From NCBI RefSeq assembly GCF_054482525.1, contig NZ_CM137006.1: a stretch of 64,000 nucleotides of DNA; one strand, written 5' to 3'. Shown here one piece after another: positions 57,196-64,000 of this stretch. The position numbers and the translations under genes are program-made. The notes under the pieces were generated by a model. That model was not told the DNA's origin and made no database searches. It was given only the letters and a program-made list of their open reading frames with translations. Position 1 is the stretch's first letter. Each line of letters starts with the position of its first letter.

Positions 57196-57360
57196 TTATT
57201 GATGATTTATTTCAGCAAGGTCTTCAACCGTCAGGCTGGTAAATCGCAGAACGTCCTCAAGAGAAACTCCGGCGTCCAGCATGGTTTTGGCAATATTTAG
57301 GGCGTTGGTACGTATACCTTTCTGAAACCCTTCCTGCCGCAATCTTTCCGCAATAGTCAT
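57196..57360 (-). CDS. candidate intragenic small protein (RpnS-like) from an internal in-frame start within rpnA
   Basis: Internal ATG at 57358-57360 preceded by a consensus AAGGAG SD (57367-57372) inside the coding sequence; would give [54 protein letters not shown] (54 aa). Confidence 0.45.
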   Translation of the reverse strand: MTIAERLRQEGFQKGIRTNALNIAKTMLDAGVSLEDVLRFTSLTVEDLAEINHQ

Positions 57361-58089
57361 TAAACTCTCCTTGTGTTTGGGTGAACGTTCGGCAACGCCG
57401 TCGATAAAATCGTTAAAACGTACCGCATCGCCGGTTTGCAAGATGTAATTAAACAGCCCTTTGATTTGTCTGTCATTAGCGTATCCACTACTTAATAAGC
57501 AGGCCATTTGCTCTACCAGCCCCATCAGATCGCGTTGACGGATATGTTTTTGAATTAACTCCAGCAGCGCCATGCGTCGGTGCTGCATGATTTCATCATC
57601 AGGCATGACGGTGACATCAATCAGCGGAAATGCAGAGGCATAAAGCTGCCTTGCCAGGTTGGGATCGGCAAAACAATCCAGCCAACACAGCGAATAGGGA
57701 TAGGGGCTTTCAATACCGTGGTAAAACAACAATGGTACCACCATCGGCAACGTTTTGTATCCGGCATCAAGGTGATTTTGCATTGCGGCAATGGCGTAAC
57801 GCATCATGCGAAATGCGATCAGTTTGTTTGAGGTGCTTTGATGTTCAATCAGACAATAGATATATCCTGGTCCTTGTTCCGTTTTCACCGACCACAGCAC
57901 GTCGGAATAGCTTTCACGCAGATCGTCATCAATAAAGCTGCTCGACTCCAGCTTGAGGGTTTTCATATCACAGAGCGCGTGAATGGGTGCCGGTAAATGA
58001 AACGCAAGAAAATCGCGTGCCGTCTCCGGTTGGCGTAAAAAGAGTTTGAACAGCGCATCGTGTGGGGTGGAACTCTGCTTTTTGCTCAT
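57196..58089 (-). CDS. rpnA: recombination-promoting nuclease RpnA (YhgA-like, PD-(D/E)xK transposase_31 family)
   Basis: 297-aa [36 protein letters not shown]; between bioH and feoC as yhgA is in K-12. Confidence 0.85.
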   Translation of the reverse strand: MSKKQSSTPHDALFKLFLRQPETARDFLAFHLPAPIHALCDMKTLKLESSSFIDDDLRESYSDVLWSVKTEQGPGYIYCLIEHQSTSNKLIAFRMMRYAIAAMQNHLDAGYKTLPMVVPLLFYHGIESPYPYSLCWLDCFADPNLARQLYASAFPLIDVTVMPDDEIMQHRRMALLELIQKHIRQRDLMGLVEQMACLLSSGYANDRQIKGLFNYILQTGDAVRFNDFIDGVAERSPKHKESLMTIAERLRQEGFQKGIRTNALNIAKTMLDAGVSLEDVLRFTSLTVEDLAEINHQ

Positions 58090-58238
58090 GGCGTTCCTTC
58101 ACCTGTTATTTGAATGCCGCGACTCTACGCGCCACTCCACACCTGTGCATTAGCCAGTTTTCATCCCTGCGAGACGCTTTCAGAGGAACTTACGTCGCGC
58201 TGCAAGAATTGCATTTTTATGGAAAGCCGAACGCAAAA

Positions 58239-58269
58239 AAGCCCGGATGCAAACGCATACCGGGCTTTT
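58239..58269. terminator. bidirectional rho-independent terminator between rpnA promoter side and feoC end
   Basis: aaaaaagcccgg ... ccgggcttttc stem flanked by A-run and T-run. Confidence 0.65.
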
Positions 58270-58291
58270 CAAAACAGGCGATGGAGTATGG

Positions 58292-58528
58292 TTAACGCAG
58301 CGCCCACCACTCGCGCAGACAGACTTTGCCTTCCGGGCAGCTTTTACAACTGCCAGAGAGGCAGCCGTCAGGTTCTTCCTGAATCCGCACGGCTTTGCCC
58401 ATGCTTTCCAGCTGTTGCAGCATGGCGTTAATCATTGGCTGCGGCGTGTTCAATGTCTGGCTTATCTGGGCCGCTTCCATACGGCCCCGTAACGCCAGCA
58501 AATCACGTACCTGAATAAGTGAAGCCAT
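58292..58528 (-). CDS. feoC: ferrous iron transport protein FeoC
   Basis: Track ORF trimmed to [24 protein letters not shown] (78 aa); C-terminal Cys cluster. Confidence 0.9.
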   Translation of the reverse strand: MASLIQVRDLLALRGRMEAAQISQTLNTPQPMINAMLQQLESMGKAVRIQEEPDGCLSGSCKSCPEGKVCLREWWALR

Positions 58529-60849
58529 TAATGGCAATCACCGGTGGTGCTGGCTGCGCAGCAACTGCTTACCGATTTGCGCGTTGCCAGCAGTTCGATA
58601 TTCACCCGGCTACGCGCGCGGCGCAGCAGACCGATAACCACGATGTTAAACAGGATAACCGCCAGAATGCACACCAGGCTGTAAGTTGGATGCTGGCTGT
58701 AGCTGGCGACTTGATAGAACAATGTTGCCAGCGAGTAAGCGATATTCAGCCCCCACAGGATGGAGAAGCCCATCCAGCCACGGCTTGATTCACGGGCGAT
58801 AGCCCCCATCACCGAGATGCACGGTACGTACAGCAGGACGAAAATCAGGTAGCTGTATGCGGCAGCTGCGCTACCGAATTTCTGATCCATCACACCCATC
58901 GCCCCGGTACCCATTTCGCCGTCGCCTTTGCTCGCTTCAATGGGGTTCATCAGTACGCTAAGGCTGAAGGTGTCTTTCAGGCTCTGCCAGGTTTCATCTA
59001 CCGCACTGAACAGCTCTTCACCGAGGTTAAATTCCGCCGGATTGAACTCTTCGTCCTGAATATTTTCTGCGGTGTAGAGGGTGTTGAGCGTACCCACTAC
59101 CACTTCTTTCGCCATGGCACCTGTAAACAGGCCAACCGTTGCCTGCCAGTTATCTTCATGCACGCCAATTGGCTTGAAGACCGGGGTGATCACCCGGCTG
59201 ACGGACGCCAGCGCCGAGTCGTTGATGTTATCGACGATTCTCCCGCTCAGCGAGAAGCTGTTGAAAGCGCTCAGGAAAATGCTGACGATGATAATCACTT
59301 TACCAGCACGCAGAACGAAGCCTTTCAGACGCTGCCAGGTCTGGATAATCAGGCTTTTAACGTGTGGTACATGATAGACCGGCAACTCCATGACAAACGG
59401 CGTCGCTTCACCGCGCATGATGGTGTACTTGAGCATCAGGCCAGTCAGCACCGCCATCACGATACCCAGCATATACAGCGAGAAGACCGCCAGCGCACCG
59501 TTCTGCCCGAAGAAAGCAGCCGCAAATACTGCGAAGATAGCCAGACGCGCGCCGCAGGACATAAACGGTGCCATCATGATGGTCATCAGACGTTCACGCG
59601 GTGCATCAAGCGTACGTGCGCCCATTACCGACGGTACGTTACAACCGAAACCAACGATCAGCGGTACAAAGGATTTCCCCGGCAAGCCCAGCGCCTGCAT
59701 CAGACGGTCCATCACAAACGCCGCACGCGCCATATATCCGGAGTCCTCAAGGAAGGAGAGGAACAGGTACATCATGCCGATCTGCGGCACCAGTGGCAGC
59801 ACGGTGTTAATACCGCCGCCCAGGCCCTGGGCGAGGAAGATAGTCAGCCAGTCCGGGAAGTGGAGCGTGTAGCCAATCCACTGAATACCATGCACAAATA
59901 GCGCCACGGAGCCGACGTCAAACAGCGGCTGTAACGCCCCGCCGATGTTGATAGCCAGCAGGAACATCAGGTACATCACAAAGAGGAAAATCGGCAGACC
60001 GAGGAAACGGTTGAGCACGATTTTATCTACCGCAGTGGTGAAACGGCTGGGTTCTGCCGTCAGGGTGTTGCTTACCACATCACAGATGGCAGCAATGCAC
60101 TGGTAACGCGCATCGGCAATGTGCAGCGCCGGATCGTCCATCTCATTACGCAGACGGGCGAGGGCGGCATCAAGATGCTGCGACGCTTCACCGGCGTAGG
60201 CGCGGCTGTAGATATCGCCTTCCAGCATTTGCAGGCCCAGCCAGCGACGTTGTTTCAGCGGGATGTCGGAAGGCATCACTTTTGCCAGTGAATCTGCTTC
60301 GTTGAGCAGCGGCTGTGCGTAATGCACCAGTTCCACATTCTCGTTAGCTTTATAGCGATCAATCGCCAGCTTGAGCGCTTCAATACCGCGACCACGGGTT
60401 GAAACCAGCGGGATCACCGGGCAGCCAAGACGTGCCGACAGAGCATCAATTTCAATGCGAATATTTTGCTTCTCGGCAATGTCGAGCATGTTCAGCGCCA
60501 CGATGCAGGGAATGCCGAGCTCCAGCAGTTGTAGCGTCAGGTACAGGTTACGCTCAAGGTTAGACGCATCCACCACGTTAATCAGCAGGTCAGCGTCGCC
60601 ACTCAAAATGTAGTGACAGGCGATTTGCTCATCGAGCGAGGTCTGCGATGAGATGGTGGTCAGAGAATAGGTGCCGGGCAGGTCCACCAGCGTGACTTGA
60701 TGATCGGTGGTGGAGAATTGCCCTTCTTTACGTTCGACGGTAACGCCAGCCCAGTTACCTACACGCTGACGTGCGCCAGTGAGCTGGTTAAATAAGGTTG
60801 TCTTGCCAGAATTTGGATTACCAATTAAGCCAATGGTTAATTTTTTCAT
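58528..60849 (-). CDS. feoB: ferrous iron transporter FeoB (GTPase plus permease)
   Basis: Track ORF trimmed to [25 protein letters not shown] (773 aa). Confidence 0.95.
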   Translation of the reverse strand: MKKLTIGLIGNPNSGKTTLFNQLTGARQRVGNWAGVTVERKEGQFSTTDHQVTLVDLPGTYSLTTISSQTSLDEQIACHYILSGDADLLINVVDASNLERNLYLTLQLLELGIPCIVALNMLDIAEKQNIRIEIDALSARLGCPVIPLVSTRGRGIEALKLAIDRYKANENVELVHYAQPLLNEADSLAKVMPSDIPLKQRRWLGLQMLEGDIYSRAYAGEASQHLDAALARLRNEMDDPALHIADARYQCIAAICDVVSNTLTAEPSRFTTAVDKIVLNRFLGLPIFLFVMYLMFLLAINIGGALQPLFDVGSVALFVHGIQWIGYTLHFPDWLTIFLAQGLGGGINTVLPLVPQIGMMYLFLSFLEDSGYMARAAFVMDRLMQALGLPGKSFVPLIVGFGCNVPSVMGARTLDAPRERLMTIMMAPFMSCGARLAIFAVFAAAFFGQNGALAVFSLYMLGIVMAVLTGLMLKYTIMRGEATPFVMELPVYHVPHVKSLIIQTWQRLKGFVLRAGKVIIIVSIFLSAFNSFSLSGRIVDNINDSALASVSRVITPVFKPIGVHEDNWQATVGLFTGAMAKEVVVGTLNTLYTAENIQDEEFNPAEFNLGEELFSAVDETWQSLKDTFSLSVLMNPIEASKGDGEMGTGAMGVMDQKFGSAAAAYSYLIFVLLYVPCISVMGAIARESSRGWMGFSILWGLNIAYSLATLFYQVASYSQHPTYSLVCILAVILFNIVVIGLLRRARSRVNIELLATRKSVSSCCAASTTGDCH

Positions 60850-60865
60850 TGTTGTTATCACCGTA

Positions 60866-61093
60866 TTAACAGGAAACCGCTTCCACTTCTAATAAGGCCA
60901 GATCTTTTTTGCGTAATACCAGGCTCACACGACGGGTTTCGATATGAATGGGGTCGCCGAGTGGAGCGACGCGCACCACATTAAAAGAGGAGCCAGGTAA
61001 CATGCCTAGAGAAAGCAGTTTTTGGCGATATGCCGGGCTGATTTCACGGGAAAAGCCAGTGATTTTCCACGCAGTATCTGGAGTGTATTGCAT
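60866..61093 (-). CDS. feoA: ferrous iron transport protein FeoA
   Basis: 75-aa [40 protein letters not shown]. Confidence 0.93.
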   Translation of the reverse strand: MQYTPDTAWKITGFSREISPAYRQKLLSLGMLPGSSFNVVRVAPLGDPIHIETRRVSLVLRKKDLALLEVEAVSC

Positions 61094-61179
61094 AGGTGCC
61101 TACTTGTTTCTCATTAACTGGATAACTACCTCATGGGGCGTTTGACAGCGACATGAGACCAGATGATTTGCCAACGAAG

Positions 61180-61300
61180 GAGAGATTAAATAATCAACAA
61201 CACAATGATAATGAGAATGGTTTCTATCAGCAATACTTAAAATGTGTGCGAATGTTGGTTTGAATAATAATCTGACTCAATGTTGATGTGGCTCAAGGTT
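61180..61300 (-). promoter_or_regulatory. feoABC control region with Fur-box-like and FNR-like motifs
   Basis: AT-rich region with aatgataatgagaatgg and TTGATgtggCTCAA upstream of feoA. Confidence 0.4.
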
Positions 61301-61423
61301 ATATCGCAGCGAAAATATAATTCGAATAGCGAATTACCAGGACTGGTTAATGTTTTATTAAGGTTTCAGTTGTTAATGAAGTGATAAATATTAACGGGAT
61401 ATATTGAGAGTTTGGTTGTGGAA

Positions 61424-61449
61424 TAAAAAGGCCGGAGATATTCTCCGGC
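61424..61449 (-). terminator. rho-independent terminator after tex
   Basis: gccggagatattctccggc hairpin followed on the minus strand by a T-run. Confidence 0.65.
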
Positions 61450-61477
61450 ACTTTTATGTCAGGCAAGGCGTTCGTTG

Positions 61478-61507
61478 CCAGATGCGGCGTGAACGCCTTA
61501 TCTGGCA
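61478..61507. repeat. REP/PU element downstream of tex
   Basis: gccagatgcggcgtgaacgccttatctggc. Confidence 0.7.
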
Positions 61508-61532
61508 GGTTTACGTTTGTCTATCAGGGCGT

Positions 61533-63854
61533 TTAACGTTTTTTGCCCATTGCCGCCGCCAGCGCATCCATCATCGCGCTGTTACCGGCAGGCTGCGCTT
61601 CACGCCCACGCGGTTTGGCTGCCGGGCGGTTGTTTTGCGGACGTTCATTCCCGCCGCCGCGACGAGCGTTGGTTTCGCCAGGCTGCTCGTCCAGACGCAT
61701 AGTCAGGGCGATACGTTTACGCTGAAGATCCACTTCCAGCACTTTCACCTTCACAATGTCGCCCGCTTTCACCACGGTATGCGGATCTTCCACAAACTTA
61801 TTCGACAATGAAGAGATGTGAACCAGGCCGTCCTGATGCACGCCAATATCGACAAACGCGCCAAAGTTGGTGACGTTGGTCACCGCGCCTTCGAGGATCA
61901 TACCCGGTTGCAGGTCGTTCATTGTCTCGACGCCATCAGCAAACTGAGCGGTTTTAAATTCCGGACGCGGATCGCGACCCGGTTTTTCCAGCTCTTTGAT
62001 GATGTCAGTTACTGTCGGCACACCGAATTTCTCATCAGTAAAGTCAGACGCTTTCAGGTTACGCAGCTCGCTGCTGTTACCCATCAGATCTTTCAGTGCC
62101 TGCTGTGTTGCTGCCAGAATGCGTTCCACCACCGGATAGGCTTCCGGGTGAACGGTAGAGGCGTCCAGCGGGTTATCGCCGTGGTTAATACGCAGGAAGC
62201 CCGCACACTGCTCGAAGGCTTTCGGCCCCAGACGGCTCACTTTCAGCAGTTGCTGACGGTTCTGGAACTGACCGTTCTCATCGCGCCAGGCCACGATGTT
62301 TTGCGCCATCATGCGCGTCAGGCCCGCCACGCGGGTTAACAGCGGAACAGAAGCGGTGTTGAGATCGACGCCAACAGCGTTTACGCAGTCTTCTACTACT
62401 GCATCCAGTTTGCGGGCCAGCTGCGTCTGGCTGACGTCATGCTGATACTGACCTACGCCGATAGATTTCGGATCGATTTTCACCAGCTCCGCCAGCGGAT
62501 CCTGCAAACGACGGGCGATAGATACCGCGCCACGCAGCGAAACGTCGAGATCCGGGAACTCCTGCGCTGCCAGCTCGGAAGCCGAGTAAACCGACGCGCC
62601 AGCTTCGCTGACGATCACTTTCTGCGCGGTCACTTTCGGGAACTGCTTCTGCACGTCGAGATAGAAACGCTCAGTTTCGCGGGAAGCTGTACCGTTACCG
62701 ATCGCCACCAGTTCAACATTATGCTTTTCACACAGGGCAGCAACGGTCATCGCTGCTTTTGCGGCTTGTCCGGTGTGCGGGTAAATGGTATCGGTCGCCA
62801 CCAGTTTGCCAGTGGCATCGACCACCGCTACTTTTACCCCGGTACGCAGGCCCGGATCGAGGCCCATCGTTGCACGCAGTCCGGCTGGGGCCGCCATCAG
62901 CAGATCGTGCAGGTTACGGGCAAAGACGTTGATTGCTTCATCTTCCGCGCGTTCGCGCACGGTGCCCATCAGTTCGGTTTCCAGATGCATCAGCACCTTG
63001 ATGCGCCACGTCCAGCTCACCACGCCTTTGCGCCAGCTATCCGCCGGGGCATTGTTCAGGCGCAGGCCGAGATGATCCATAATGATTTGCTCGCAATAGC
63101 TCTCTTTTGGCGGCTCATCGAACTGCGGATCGGCATTCAGCGAAAGCTGGAGTACGCCTTCGTTACGCCCACGGAACATCGCCAGCGCGCGGTGAGAAGG
63201 CACCGTTGACAGCGGTTCGTGATGATCGAAATAGTCGCGGAATTTCGCCCCTTCCTCTTCTTTACCACTCACCACCGTAGAAACTAAATGCGCATTCTTC
63301 CACAGATAATCACGTACTTTTGCCAGCAGCGCGGCATCTTCGGCAAACCGTTCCATCAGGATATAGCGCGCGCCGTCCAGCGCGGCTTTGGTATCTGCCA
63401 CGCCTTTATCGGCATCAACATATTGTGCAGCCGCGACTTCTGGCGTGTGTGACGGATCGCTCCACAGCAGGTCAGCCAACGGCTCAAGCCCTGCTTCAAT
63501 GGCGATTTGCCCGCGGGTGCGGCGTTTAGGTTTGTAGGGCAGGTAGAGGTCTTCGAGTTCGGTTTTGCTTAAGGTGGCGTTGATGGCATTCGCCAGATCA
63601 TCAGTGAGTTTGCCTTGCTCGGAAATGGATTTGAGGATCGCCTGACGTCTCTCTTCCAGCTCGCGCAGATAGCTCAGACGCGTTTCCAGATTACGCAGCT
63701 GCGTGTCATCCAGACCGCCGGTAATTTCCTTACGATAACGTGCGATAAACGGCACGGTATTCCCTTCGTCAAGCAGGCGAACGGCAGCGTCAACCTGTTC
63801 CGGGCGCGCCTGAATTTCACCCGCAATAATGCGGCAGAACGAATCATTCATCAT
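61533..63854 (-). CDS. tex: transcription accessory protein Tex (YhgF; S1 domain)
   Basis: 773-aa [46 protein letters not shown]. Confidence 0.94.
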   Translation of the reverse strand: MMNDSFCRIIAGEIQARPEQVDAAVRLLDEGNTVPFIARYRKEITGGLDDTQLRNLETRLSYLRELEERRQAILKSISEQGKLTDDLANAINATLSKTELEDLYLPYKPKRRTRGQIAIEAGLEPLADLLWSDPSHTPEVAAAQYVDADKGVADTKAALDGARYILMERFAEDAALLAKVRDYLWKNAHLVSTVVSGKEEEGAKFRDYFDHHEPLSTVPSHRALAMFRGRNEGVLQLSLNADPQFDEPPKESYCEQIIMDHLGLRLNNAPADSWRKGVVSWTWRIKVLMHLETELMGTVRERAEDEAINVFARNLHDLLMAAPAGLRATMGLDPGLRTGVKVAVVDATGKLVATDTIYPHTGQAAKAAMTVAALCEKHNVELVAIGNGTASRETERFYLDVQKQFPKVTAQKVIVSEAGASVYSASELAAQEFPDLDVSLRGAVSIARRLQDPLAELVKIDPKSIGVGQYQHDVSQTQLARKLDAVVEDCVNAVGVDLNTASVPLLTRVAGLTRMMAQNIVAWRDENGQFQNRQQLLKVSRLGPKAFEQCAGFLRINHGDNPLDASTVHPEAYPVVERILAATQQALKDLMGNSSELRNLKASDFTDEKFGVPTVTDIIKELEKPGRDPRPEFKTAQFADGVETMNDLQPGMILEGAVTNVTNFGAFVDIGVHQDGLVHISSLSNKFVEDPHTVVKAGDIVKVKVLEVDLQRKRIALTMRLDEQPGETNARRGGGNERPQNNRPAAKPRGREAQPAGNSAMMDALAAAMGKKR

Positions 63855-63950
63855 GGTTTGAGTTCATCTTTTCGGATCAAAAATCAGGGGATAGTTATAC
63901 GGACTGGCTGGCAAAAATGCCAGCCATCGGCAGGAGGTTAAGACTCTTCC

Positions 63951-64000
63951 TTACGGTTTCACGTACTCGATAGCATTCACATACCAGCTCGCTTCCCCGG
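63951..64000 (-). CDS. greB: transcription elongation factor GreB, C-terminal end (partial, runs off window end)
   Basis: Minus-strand frame ends ...GEASWYVNAIEYVKP-stop at 63951-63953; position next to tex as in K-12. Confidence 0.55.
   Translation of the reverse strand, partial: GEASWYVNAIEYVKP

Overview
The window reads as a contiguous stretch of Escherichia coli core chromosome, matching from memory the K-12 76-77 min region in the opposite orientation. I did not find a convincing previously undescribed multi-gene system; the most interesting items are an IS insertion into a REP loop and a duplicated, stop-interrupted tail ORF downstream of rpnA. Gene order is: ftsY (3-prime end), ftsE, ftsX, rpoH, livJ, panM, livKHMGF, an inserted IS3-family element, ugpBAECQ, yhhA, ggt, yhhY, ryhB, yhhX, yhhW, gntR-gntK-gntU, yhgN, asd, glgBXCAP, glpD, glpEGR, rtcR, rtcBA, malT, malPQ, gntT, nfuA, gntX, bioH, rpnA (yhgA), feoCBA, tex and the greB 3-prime end. 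Product calls rest on recognising the translated ORFs and their lengths; where the six-frame track began upstream of the known N-terminus, I moved the start to the internal Met/Leu that gives the canonical length. The only clear accessory content is a 1432-bp IS3-family element between livF and ugpB. By recollection (not alignment), this strain is not K-12: ggt abuts yhhY with no intervening genes, whereas K-12 carries yhhZ-yrhA-IS1-yrhB there. No tRNA, rRNA, CRISPR array, prophage or integrase was seen.
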